Assembly: GCA_004764695.1 (NCBI GenBank)
Contig: SMSO01000034.1
Location: forward strand, 1,302,001 to 1,366,000
Direction of reading: 5' to 3'
DNA length: 64,000 nt
From: Schizochytrium sp. TIO01
Taxonomy: Eukaryota > Protista > Bigyra: Labyrinthulomycetes
Shown: in pieces, positions 33,001-44,147 of the stretch
How the letters are laid out: every line of letters starts with the position of its first letter
Numbering within the stretch: position 1 is the stretch's first letter
Program-made: the position numbers and the translations under genes
Notes under the pieces: model-generated
What the model saw: the letters and a program-made list of their open reading frames with translations, nothing else
Told to the model about the DNA's origin: nothing
Database searches by the model: none

Positions 33001-34563
33001 TGAAGGTTTGCAAATAAAGTTACAAGCTTCATCGTCGAAGGCAGTACGGTAAATTAGTTGAAGAATTACCTGGTTTCTACTAGTTTGTCGGATATCCATA
33101 GCACCGCAGCACAGTGGTAGGGTCAAAATTTTTTCTCTTACGATTGCAGCGCGTCATCAAGTCGATCTGTTGGACCCAACTCTGAGCTTGGACTTGATTT
33201 ATTCCACAGAAACGGGGTTACTTCGCAGTCCATTCTCTCTTCGGCTTACTAAAGCGCTGGCTCCTGACCAAGACCAAGAGCGTCTCCAGAGTCCATCTAA
33301 ACTCGCTTTCCTAAAATGTGTTCTATATCAAACGATAGTTTTTGAGGCTCTCAAAAGCGACCCCCGTCTCACTGGTCTTTTTCCGAGCACGAGATTTACA
33401 AAGAAGCGCAGGGCGCCATATTCGGGTTTCAAACTTGGTTGAAATGGCGACCTCCCTTTGGATGACGTGTAGGTGGACAAAGACGTCTTCTTTGATTCCC
33501 GCATGTTTGACAATGCGCTCCAGAGGGACCAGAGAGTCAGCCAACGAGCGAGAAAACGCTCCTCTCCGCTTTGCAATGCATTTCAATGCGGTAGTGAGTG
33601 TTGGGCAGCTCCCGCGCTGTACCATTCGATTTAGTTTTTTTTCTTCTTTTCTTTTTAAAATGTTAAAATTAATTTTACAAAAGCAAAAAGAAGCAAAAAG
33701 CAAAACAAGAAAAGCACAAATAAAAAATTACACTTGGACCCGTTCGAAAGGAAAGAAACCTTGAACTCTCCTATGATGTTTTGTGCGTGGGACAATTCAC
33801 GAGGAGACAGCGCGAGAGCACACTTGGAGCGGAAGAACCGACCTGCAGGCGCGTCGTCGAAGTGAATGATTTTATCAAGCCAAAATAAAACGAATGACAA
33901 TCAAAGCGGCAGCAGGGAAGTACTTTCGTACTTCCTAAGCTGCAAGTTCTTTTATTACAAGGGGCAGAGAGGTTCTCCGCAATGCAGCGCATCATGTTGT
34001 TCACTTCACCTCCGCAGAGACTGCCACATGATTTGCTTCATCGCCCCCAAAGCCAACAATCACATCGTCGATGCCTCTATTATCACGGCTTTGAATCTCC
34101 CGGCGACCAAACTCTTCAAAATCAGATTTGCTGTCGTTGTGTTTTTCCGATTCAGGTACCGTGAGCGCTCCACGAATGCGCTTCGATTTGTTGTGGCTTT
34201 TGGCTGCTCCAGAATCTCGGGAGTCCACATTGAGAAAGTAATAATAACGCAAAGACGGGAAAGGAAACCTATTTCTCCATGTCCAAGAGGCCCCTTGCGT
34301 CACGCCGCCGAGTTGGACCGCGCCACGTCATTCACTTCCCGCCGACGACGAGCCGCGCACTGAGTGTTTCAAGTTGAGCCTTATCATTCGCGATAGATCT
34401 CTCTCAGCTAGTTTCCGGGTTCATCGGTCGCTTTTTTGTCGTCATTGCAGTCCATCTCTGCTTCGCTTGCCCCATGTCGCCGCCCCATGTCGCCGCCGCC
34501 GTCGTCGTTATCGCCGTCGTCAAGCCGCCTCGATGCTCGATGCTCGGGCACTCCAAACTCTCG

Positions 34564-34703
34564 ATCGACTTTCGACTTTCAACTTTCGAATTGCGAATTG
34601 CGAATTTCGAACTGTGAATTTCGAATTTCGAATTTCGAATTGCGAATTGCGAATTTTGAATTTCGAATTGCGAGTTTCAAATTTCAAATTTCAACTTTCG
34701 AGC
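34564..34703. repeat. 20 perfectly phased degenerate heptamers, consensus TT/GCGAAT
   Basis: atcgact ttcgact ttcaact ttcgaat tgcgaat tgcgaat ttcgaac tgtgaat ttcgaat x3 tgcgaat x2 tttgaat ttcgaat tgcgagt ttcaaat x2 ttcaact ttcgagc, with no indels. A satellite (TTTCAAA)3 lies at 34889-34909. Confidence 0.95.
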
Positions 34704-35189
34704 ACCCGCGCTCTTCGACTTCGCCTCGCCGGGCCTTGCGCGAGCGGGTGCAAAGCCGCGCCTCGCGCTGCCTCCAGCCCTTTCGCGCCGCTCTCCTCCG
34801 CAGATGCGGCCCAATCCGGGCTTGCCACAGCGAGAGAGAGAGAGAGATATATATATACATAGAGATCTACAGAGAGTCAGAGTGGGCATTTCAAATTTCA
34901 AATTTCAAAAGTAGGGCGCCCTTCTTCGCTCCATCCCTCGCAGGCCTCGCTCGCCCTGCGCCGCCTGGAGACCTCGCAGCTCGCTCTGAGGCGGCGCCGT
35001 CGCCGTGCCGTCGCTGTCCCTTCTTCTTGGCCGCCTCACTGACTGCCTGCCTGCCTGCCTGCCTGACTGACTGAGGAGACGTCGTCGTCGTCTGCCGAAT
35101 CGATTATGGCGCTTCGAAGAGCCTTACGTCGTCCTATTCGTGCATGGGATGTAATGCACTTCACTCCGCCAGCGGGTTCCCCTTCGCGC

Positions 35190-35246
35190 TTCCGCCTTAA
35201 CTGCTTATTGTGCGCCGTGGTAAATTAAAGGAGGATTAAGGCGGAA
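35190..35246. repeat. Inverted repeat/hairpin TTCCGCCTTAA...TTAAGGCGGAA
   Basis: Perfect 11-bp arms at 35190-35200 and 35236-35246, extendable imperfectly inward, followed by CTAG. Confidence 0.85.
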
Positions 35247-35333
35247 CTAGTTTCCCCGGTGCCGCCTCGTTTCTCCGGCGGCGGCGGTTCGAAAGTAGAG
35301 GTGTTTTGGAAACAGAGAAGGAGAGAAAGTAAC

Positions 35334-35334
35334 A

Positions 35335-35389
<55 letters not shown>

Positions 35390-35435
35390 CAACGAAGAAA
35401 GAAAGAAAGATCTTGAAAGAAAGAAAGAAAGAAAG
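35334..35435. repeat. (GAAA)n microsatellite, interrupted
   Basis: Directly visible. Confidence 0.95.
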
Positions 35436-37479
35436 ACATGGAATCTGAAGGGACTGGCATGAAAAAAGAGAAGATCGGCGAACTCGAAAGGCGGACGGCT
35501 TGGAAAGAAAAAGGAGAGAGGAATCGAGGATGGCGAATGGGGGTCTTTCCCGAAGGGTGTCCAAGAGGTCGTTCATTGCCGCCCTTATTCGTTCCTCTTC
35601 TGCCGTCTATTTGTCTTTGTTTGTCTGTAGACAATGAAAGCATTATTTGCTTTTGTCCATAGAACAGACTCGGAATCCTTTATATCTAAAAGTTTCCTTC
35701 TACTCTTCAAAAACGTTTTGTTTGTTTTAAAAATAAGTTATTTTTAAATAATAATAATTATTATAAATACAAATATAAATGTTTTTAAATTAAAAGAAAT
35801 TATATATAAGAAAAGGTTTGAATGTGTTTATAATGTTTGTAATTGCTTAGCAGCAGTACTAGTAGGCGCTATCTATTTGAGGGAGAGAAAAGGCGTTGCC
35901 TCGTGACGCGCAGACGGGTTTCCTCTTGAGATCATGTGGGCTTCAAGCGGTCACTGTGGGATATTAAAGCTTCAAACCCTCCCGCAGCGTTCCGGGAGTA
36001 TGAGAGGAGGCAAGGAAATTTCATTGCAGGCTACTTCCCTCGCCGCGCGAATGTGCAGCCTCGATGAGGCGTCAAATATCTCCTGGTCTATCCGGGCCGG
36101 TTGCCTGAGGGGAGCCTCCACTGCTTCTCCATGTGCGCAGTGGTGCGAGTGGCATAAGTTCGACTGTGGGTTGCAACCCGGCGTGGCAGGGCTATTCCGC
36201 GACATAGACAAAGCTACCAGCTTCCTGCGCCTCTTCTCCGCGCAGCCCCGCAGCCCATCCCGCAGCTCATCCCGCAGTGCTTGGAGAGCGTCCGACGAAG
36301 CCTTTCTCCCTAACTTTGAAGTACCTTTCTTTCTTTTCATCTCTTCGTCGTTCAGACAGATGATATAATAAGTCAATCACTCTTGTTTGGAGTTCTTTGG
36401 TCGCTACTTCGCTTTAGTGGTAGTATCCAATTCCAAGTAAGCCGCTCTCTTCGCTGTGCCTTCGGCTCTGATAGATAAACGAGCGTTTCCTGCGCCACAA
36501 TTCCGGGTTTCGCGCCGCTTTCAAAGGCATTACAATAATAGAATTGGACTTCTTCTTCGACGAATGCGTCGCCTTTATGCCCCGTGACGTCACCTGCTCC
36601 TGGCCTCTTTGTGCCTTCCCTTTGTTTATACAAGTTACTCTGGGGCCCAGGGACTACTTGTATCATCCTCACGAGCTTCAACTCGTGCCTGCAAACCCAG
36701 AATTATAAACTGAAGAAAAGTTATTCACGCTCTCTATATACACATGGTACTTTTTGCAGTTGCTTAATTATTATTATTATATATTTAAAATAAAAAATAA
36801 TAAAAATTAATGTTCAAAGGTAAACTAAGGTTTCAACATGAAAGTAAGATCCTGAAACGAAAGAAAAAGTAGTGAACTAACTCTACAAGAAAGCAATAGT
36901 AAGAAACGATTTTAATGAAGACTAAATTATATATATATATATATGTATAAATAAAGTATTCTTCTACTTGCACTGATGATAGTTCTAATAGTATAAAAAC
37001 GATGGCAATACTAACACCGCAAACAAACTGAGTGGTTTGCTCTTCGAAGAGAGAGAACCCATCCGCCGCTTCGCCTCTCTGAGGACGCGGGCGAGAGCAT
37101 TTCTGCAAAGCAAACTCGAGCCTGCAGCAGAGCACGAGCAGCCCTCGCGGGCCACCGCCCAACACAGTGCGGTGGCTTTGCGGTGAGGAGAGGAGTCCAA
37201 CTGGCAGGCCAGCAAACTCACGGAGTAGTCCATCTCGCGCTCCCTGAATTCCCACCTCTGCTCTCGCACTTTATAATCTAATGTAATCTAATGTAATCCA
37301 TCCAACTTGAAGTGAGAGCGACGGACACCTTCGTGGCGTAGATTGGGGGGTTTCTTGCAGCAGCCGCTACTTCGATGCAGAACGGGACTGTGAAACCATG
37401 CACGGAGTGAACCGCAGCGGGAATGCAAGATGGACAGCTGCAAGGCACTCCCCTCCTCGGGCTGGCTGCTGCCGAAGCA

Positions 37480-37800
37480 GGCGGGCCTTGAAACTTGAAC
37501 GAAAGCGACACCCTCGCGTCTGTGCAAAGCCTGAACTCACCGGGAGTTGTCGCGCTGTACCCAGCTTGGCGGGAATGCGTTAACTTCTGATCCAAGCATG
37601 GACAGCTAGTTGGATGTGAACTCGAGGCAACATCGGACAATACGCAAGCAGAGGTGCCAAGATGGCGGTCCGAAGGTCTGCTCTGAAGTTGATTCTTATG
37701 GTGCCAGGGTTGATTCGTAGAAGTTGATTTGACCTTTGACTGCTACGGTAGAGGTGTTGTTCGATGCGCCAGGAAGTTGTTGCAGGGAAAGGCAGCACAG
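37480..37800 (-). mobile_element. Decayed LINE ORF2 fragment (post-RT/thumb region)
   Basis: FPATTSWRIEQHL...NQLLRI...FRADLRTAILAPLLAYC then, after a frameshift, SDVASSSHPTSCPCLDQ..SRQAGYSATTP. This fits F...L+W..H+.....L..L....R..LY.A.+.P.L.Y.SEVW.....L+..Q...R...G....TP. Confidence 0.5.
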
Positions 37801-38303
37801 GTTGGCTCGGCCTCTAGAGGCACCTGGACGAGGCAGGCCTCGATCAAATTCCTTGGCGTTCCCACGATTTTACACAGCTGTGGCGATCAATAAGCCGTTT
37901 CCATGTTGAAGAAGAAGCACTACTCTCACGAGTGTGCCTGAAGGTATAGTGCTCGGCTGGCTGGTGTGTTTGGGTGTGTGCTGTAAAGAGGTTCCCTCGA
38001 CGCAATAAGCATCCAAGTCCAGCTTGAGAAACTCGTTAAGTTTGCCTAGGGTACTGCGGAGTGGAGTGTAAAGTGCGACTCGTGCGAATTACGAGGCGCT
38101 TTTGTGCAAGGTCCGCCAAGAAGTCCATTGTTAAAGGTGTCTTTCTAATAAACACGCGGCGTGACGGAATCAAGCTAAGGGCGACCTGTTGATTGGCAAT
38201 TTCGGCTTTGCTTTTTCAACTATTCTAAAATGAGTCAGGGCTTCCTCTTCGAAACCAACTCACACGAAATGCAAAGCCCTTAAAAATAAGCCTCAAGTGC
38301 GCA

Positions 38304-39380
38304 ATAACTTTGAGCATCCATTCTGATTTCATAAAATATTACGCAAATTCATACCTTGGACCTCCATCAATACTTTCCTTTGGCTAGCATACTCGCGCAG
38401 TTGAGCCTTCTCAGTGAAGTCCAACGCTGGTCAGTTTTAGCCCTAGCGTTCGAGCTAAATTAGCAACGTAATTTGCTACAAGTGATTCTGCATGGAGCCT
38501 CACCTGTTCCCCAAGAGCAAGTCCCTTTTGTCCAGAGCGCGTGTAAACAGGTGCATCTTCATCATCGACGCTAGAGAGGGATTCGTTAGGCATGCATCTG
38601 CAAAATAAAAGCAAAGCAAAGCAACCAGTCCCAGCAGGATGAGAACTGTGCTAGAACCCTTGCGGAACCGCAGGTGCTGCCGGACAAGTAACAAAAGGCT
38701 AGGAGGTGCTAGGCGCCTCTGTTACGAAAGTTTTCAATTTGGGGTGTAAGTTGAATCCGACAGACGTCGTCATCAACAGCAGCGCCGTTATCGTAAATTT
38801 TGAAGAAGATTTGGCCAAAACCGGAGCGCTCAGGCACTATGTAGCTCATAATCAAGCTTGAAAGTGCCCGCCCCCCCGACCCTCGCCACCTCGAAAGCTC
38901 CTTGTTTGGCAGCTCCATTAGACGTTGAATTTGACAAGAAACCGAAGTTCAAGACATCTGGCGGAGCCGGTTTTGAGGCATAACGGGCATAGATATGTGA
39001 TGTTAATTTAGGCAAAGCATGTTCATAGAGGCAATTTGTCCTATCATGCCCGAATCTGCAAATTTTGCTCCTCGAAAACGCTGAGGAAGAGCATTGCAGC
39101 TCGAAATGAACACAAGGCGGCACGTCTGAGCTGGAATTGGTTGAGGCCGTCAGTAAAATGGTCAAAGCCTTTCACGGCGGCTTTCCCTGCGAGATTATTG
39201 GTGCCATTTCAACAATTTGTGAGCTCCTGGAAAATGCTGGAAATAAATTGGCGACTTCGATCGAGCACGTTCTTTCTTTACGAATCCTCTTGAGCGAAAG
39301 CTCTCACAGCTTCCTCGAGGAAACGAACTGTCCATTGTACATTCGCAGTTTCAACAGAGACTTAAGAGCTCCTGCGAAGA
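38304..39380 (+). pseudogene. Decayed F-box/LRR gene relic
   Basis: LSIHSDFIKYYANSYL/DLHQYFPLASILAQLSLLSEVQRWSVLAL (38310-38445, F-box-like). LRR-like APLLRKFSIWG (38713-38745) and CPNLQILLL (39047-39073), with a coding-like tail to ~39380. Confidence 0.45.
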
Positions 39381-40944
39381 AGACGCAACGTGAGAAACGA
39401 AACGCGGAAACGCGACTTTGGAGTCAGGAAATCAGCACACCTGCTCTAAAACTGAGAAGTTATACCTTACATTAAAAAAAAAGACATACATGTAAACAGA
39501 AGTATTCATTCATGTACGAAGTTGCGGAATTTATTTCCTAACCTTAGGTTACCCCGATTGAGCTAGTATTTATTTCCCCGAGACTAGCCCAGAGGGGCCC
39601 AGTGGGGACAGCTGCAATAGTGCAGCGGGAAATTCCCTGATTGCCTTAATGGCTGCCTACTGAGAAGGGCAGGAAGTACTACAACTTAAAGGAGAGAAAT
39701 TGATAGATTTTAAAAAAAGAAAAAGAAAAAAAAGCGGACCAGTAGCAAGGTAGATAGATTTTAGTCTAGCAAATCGGGTTCCTTTTCAGTGGAAAGAAAT
39801 AAAGGCCTTATGATATCCCTTTGGGAGAAGAACTTTCCATCGAAAACAGGCTACTTAGTCTTCCATGCCTTATCTCCGTAGAGTGAGCATATAAAAAACA
39901 AGAAAAACAAACAAAAACAAAAAAAAAAACAGAATACGCAAAGCAGGAATCGACGAGGAACTGTAAAGAAACCAAAAAAGAGGCGAAGAGAAGAGAAAGA
40001 AAGCAAAGACAAAAGAGAAAACTTGGATTTTCAAGGCCGTCCTAAGAAGAAGAAGAAGAAGCGCCTGTCTGATATATATACATATACGCTGTTTCAAGAT
40101 TGTTGAACTCGGTCTCGAAGTCGAAGGGATAACGCCGCTCCGACGAGAAGTTCGAACCCTTCGGACGGCCGCGAGCCTGTTTTGGACTCGATCGGAGAGC
40201 TTCGTTTGGGAAAGGAGTTTGAAGGGACCCGCGGAGTTCTCGATTATTCTCAAATGAGGAAAGAATGCTCAGCTTAAAGGCGCTTTATTTTTTTATTAAA
40301 GCCGCATGGACGTAAACAAATAGTTAACTACCATTGACTAAAAGTCGTGCATTGTTAAAGTTAAAATTGATATTAATTTAAAAAAAAAAAAAAAGAAAGT
40401 TGGCCTACGTATTTATTAAGATTAGTTGAAATGGAAATGTTTGGGAGAGACATACAGGCTTTTATGAGAAAGGAGGGAGTCGCCAGGAACTCTACCCATT
40501 AAAAGTATGTAGATTTATGAGACAGGAACAGCAATGACGTCTTTTGTTTAGAAGGGAAGATTGTTTTGAAGAGTCGCAGATGTTTTCATTGCTCGTACCG
40601 ACGACGCCTTTGAAAGGAAATAATGCATTTCGACTCCTCTTCTTTCTTTCTTTTATTTTCGGGGAGGTTTATCAGTAATTTAAAAAATCATAAATAAATA
40701 AATAAACAAATAAATAAATAATAGAATGTGTATGCATATTTATATAGAATGTTCTTATTTTAAAATGAAGTGCGTCAGGGAATGAATGACTGACTGATTG
40801 ATTGTCTGTTGGAAAGGTACTTTTCGAAATGCCTTTTTAGTGCCAAGACGCTCTTATTTCCTCTTCTTTTCATAATGCTATTTTTATTATCCCAACTCTC
40901 TATATATATTTACAGAGAGAATTGATGAATTAATGCGCTAATGG

Positions 40945-41080
40945 CAACTCAACTCAACTCAAACCAAAGCAAACCAAAGCCAACGAAAGCCAACGAAAGC
41001 CAACGAAAGCAAATCAAAGCAAATCAAATCAGATGAGATCAAATCAAATTAAATCAAACGAAAGCAAATGAAAAGCCAAC
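40945..41080. repeat. Degenerate 5/10-bp minisatellite (CAACT > CAAACCAAAG > CCAACGAAAG > CAAAT)
   Basis: Directly visible gradient of related pentamer and decamer units. Confidence 0.9.
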
Positions 41081-41356
41081 AGGAAAGCTGGTCTAAGCGA
41101 AGCAAGTACCTCAATAAAGCAGGCGATCAATCGACCGCACCATAAATAAACGATAAAAAGTAGATAAATGAATCAGACCTGACGAAGATGCCGATGATTG
41201 GTCTGACTATTTCTGTGTGGGAATGCATTTAGTGGCTCAGTTTGGAGAGTTCCGAATTGGACTGAGTTGGACTTTTGTCTTCGTTCGTTTTCAGGTACTG
41301 TGAGATCTCTCGTTTTGTCTCTGTTTGTCAACTTCTAAACCGGAACAGAGAGAAAT

Positions 41357-41452
41357 AAACAAACAAGCAAACAAACAAACAAACAAACAAACAAACAAAC
41401 AAACAAACAAACAAACAAACAAACAAACAAACAAACAAACAAACAAACAAAC
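41357..41452. repeat. (AAAC)n microsatellite
   Basis: Directly visible. Confidence 0.97.
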
Positions 41453-42522
41453 ATGCATATAAATTAACTTGAATGAAAAGAGAAAAGAATGAAAAGAAGT
41501 CGCCAATCAAAACCAAATAAGTAAGTAAATAATAGCTCAACTACATTTCAAATAAAATAAAAATGTTCAATTAAAAGAACAAACTTTAAAAAACTGAGTA
41601 AATGGAATCAATCCTCTTCTCTGTTTAGACGATATAGTTAGTTCTGAGTAGAACCTTCCTACATGTTTATGATCAATTAATTTCTTCATCCTTTTTTCTT
41701 TTTCTTCTCAGTGTTGTTATTCAACCGAGTTGACTCAAAGAGTATGTCAATTAAAGCTAAAGTGACTATATACATAATGGAGTAAAGAAGAGAGCGAAGA
41801 AAGAAAGAAAGAAAGAAGAGCGAAGAAAGAATCAGCAGTTCCGCAACTGATTGTTTGGCCGGTCGAGTGACGAGTGATCCTCGCTCGCTCGCTCGCTCGC
41901 TCCGCCTCGAAGCTTCGTCGGTGAGTGCCTTTCCTCACGCACACGCACCCTCCACCGCCCTCCCCACGCCGGCGACGCCAGCCAGCCCGCCCTGCGTACG
42001 CCGGGCGGTCGGCCTGAGTGTCTGTCTGTCTGTCGGTCGAGTCCCTTGCTTAATATTAGATCTCGAGGAAGAGATCTTGAGGCTCGGTGGGTGCTAGGTG
42101 CCAGATAGGGAAAATGGTAGAGGTTGAGGGCAACAGGAAAATCATTCGCGCCTCGCGAGGCGACGAGATAAGATGAGATGAGATTGGAGGCAACGGAGAG
42201 AGGGCTGGACGTGGCGTGGCGTCTGGTGGGTCTATATAAGTGTGACTGGAACTAGAAAACTGACAATGACTGGACTGTGCGTGTGCGATGTTTTCCTCGA
42301 CTTACTTAACTGTATGACATTGATGCAACAACTTGCGTGGGGTGCAACGATGCTCAACTCCTCGTGGGCTTGTTTCTACTACCGCTGCTGCTGCCTGCTG
42401 TCTTGAAAACCTCTTCTGGCTGGTTTCTTTGATTGTTGATTTGTTTGCTTGTCGGCATGCTCGCGTGGTGTGGGGTACGTATACAGACAGTAGACGGAGA
42501 TTTGCGATAGTTTTAAGGCAAG

Positions 42523-43710
42523 ATGCCTGCCGCCAAGACCATGCAAGAGTCCAAAGTCCCGGACGATGACTATGTGCTCCACGAGCCGCACAATGGCCCC
42601 GTTGGTAAGCTCATCGACATGAGCTACGAACAGTACTCGGGTGCCAAGGACATGCTCGCCAAGAACCAGGTGATCGGCAAGCGCCTCACTCCATTCGTGG
42701 ACTGGACTGAGAACACCACCAAGGCGATTCTCAGAAAGTCCCCGGTCGCTGTCGACAAGGTCGTCTCGGCCGTCGACACCCGCGCAGAGCGTGTTGTTAA
42801 CTTCACCTCTGACAAGGTACAGACCATTCGTGACACTCCCAAAAATACTCTTGGATATGTTCATGGCAAGCTGAAATCCTTGCGTACTGAGCCCCAGGAA
42901 GCCGAGAATGAGGAACCTGGTGTCCGCACCATCATCATCACCGGCAAGTCTGCCGCTGCTGAGCGCCTCAATGTCCTCCTCGATTCTAGCGAGGGGTACC
43001 TCAAGCAGTACCTCCCCATCTCTGATGATGAGAAGGCACTCATGGTCAATGGCTCCAAGTCTGAGATCCGCACCGTCGCTACTCGCACGGTCAACCTTTC
43101 CAAGGTGGCCATCTCCAAGGCCATCGAGCGCGCTCTTAACCGCGCCGGTGAAATCAAGGAGCGCACCAAGGAGACCATTCATGTGGATCTCATTCGCTAC
43201 AACGAGTGGCTTGACATGAACGTTAAGCAGCCCGTTTCGCGTCGTCTCAAGATTGTCGACGACAAGCTTGCCATCTCTGAGAAGGTTGACAAGGTCGACC
43301 AGAAGGTTGTCAAGCCCATTAAAAACTCCATCAACCGTCGTGTCGAGCTCATTGATGCCAAGGTTGTGACCCCAGTTAAGGAAAAGTTTGTACTCGTTGT
43401 CACTCGTGTCAGCGACACTTACCAGCACAAGGTTGTTGAGCCTCGTGACCAGATCATCCAAATGTTCCGCGAGGAACTTAGCCTCCAGCAAGAAATCGCC
43501 AAGAGCAAGTCCGGTGAGGAGGAGCTTACCATTAGTGCTGGCCTCTCTGCCGTCATTGCCGCCGCTAAGTCTCGCCTCGAGAAGGAGTACGAGGTTCGCG
43601 TCTCCCCGGCCCTCCACCGCTTCATGGGCCGCGAAAAGGAAGAGGAGATTGAGGACCAGTCTTTCGGTGATGATGTTGAGGAGGACGAGGATGTCGATGA
43701 GACCTACTAA
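42523..43710 (+). CDS. TLDP1: Perilipin/PAT-family lipid droplet protein (thraustochytrid TLDP1-like)
   Basis: PAT-like N-terminus (PVGKLIDMSYEQYSGAK...DWTENTTK...VSAVDTRA), perilipin 4-helix-bundle signature LLDSSEGYLKQYLP, KVVxP-punctuated amphipathic helices, acidic tail. Very strong codon bias. The symbol is assigned from memory of the family, not from an alignment. Confidence 0.75.
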   Translation: MPAAKTMQESKVPDDDYVLHEPHNGPVGKLIDMSYEQYSGAKDMLAKNQVIGKRLTPFVDWTENTTKAILRKSPVAVDKVVSAVDTRAERVVNFTSDKVQTIRDTPKNTLGYVHGKLKSLRTEPQEAENEEPGVRTIIITGKSAAAERLNVLLDSSEGYLKQYLPISDDEKALMVNGSKSEIRTVATRTVNLSKVAISKAIERALNRAGEIKERTKETIHVDLIRYNEWLDMNVKQPVSRRLKIVDDKLAISEKVDKVDQKVVKPIKNSINRRVELIDAKVVTPVKEKFVLVVTRVSDTYQHKVVEPRDQIIQMFREELSLQQEIAKSKSGEEELTISAGLSAVIAAAKSRLEKEYEVRVSPALHRFMGREKEEEIEDQSFGDDVEEDEDVDETY

Positions 43711-44147
43711 ATGAATGCCTTGTTTGCATTGTGAAGTCTAGCTTTAGTGGCTCATGGGTTTTATCTACTTTCCCGCAGTGGACATGGTATCAAACCCAGC
43801 GCTTGTGTTCTTTCAGATTTATCTCAAAGTAGCAAAGCCCCTATGCTCGTTCATTCATACCAACAATGCGGCTGGTCTTTTTTCGCACCACGGACCATTT
43901 TTCTCCGATTTCTTCTGTTGCGAATCCCCGTACCCTTCCCTTCTGCTACTACCTACCACTACTATTTCTTCACCTTCATCTCGTTTGCTACATTGTCTAT
44001 GAATGCGAGGCCCTTCCTTTTCCATTTCTATAATATATTGAGAGGTATTGTTCTCAAGAGAACAATTGTGGAGAACCCTAGTACCTGAATTCAACGAGCT
44101 CCACTAAATAAGTAAATAAAAGTTTCTTTTCATTTCAAAATAGAACC

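Noticed and set aside
33950-34330. Minus-strand ABCC-like fragment (IGFLSRLCVIITFSMWTPEIL)
   Set aside because: Single short resemblance with no further ABC motifs; left as unidentified coding-like debris.
34564-34703. Heat-shock element or CRISPR interpretation of the heptamer array
   Set aside because: HSEs need nTTCnnGAAn spacing (5-bp units), whereas here TTC-GAA spacing is 0 and GAA-TTC spacing is 1. There are no unique spacers or cas genes.
34374-35074. ORFs with 7-aa NFEFRIS-type repeats
   Set aside because: A consequence of the DNA heptamer array; no ATG start and periodic in every frame.
35280-35296. tRNA T-loop-like GGTTCGAA (also ~40150 and ~60691)
   Set aside because: No T-stem, D-arm or acceptor stem can be built.
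36373-36681. hAT dimerisation-like ETLVYLSEP...LTWNW
   Set aside because: Lacks the P.L...A...L..P.SS...ER.FS signature and no TIRs were seen.
37021-37070. YqaJ-like QTEWFALRRER
   Set aside because: Not followed by TAS or the nuclease motifs; likely chance.
38030-38700. Minus-strand type II membrane glycosyltransferase pseudogene (TM plus VFIRKTPLTMDFL)
   Set aside because: No DxD motif recovered, and the plus-strand F-box/LRR reading explains the region better.
42379-43617. 412-aa antisense ORF over the perilipin-like gene
   Set aside because: Shadow ORF produced by strong codon bias of the sense gene; no motifs.
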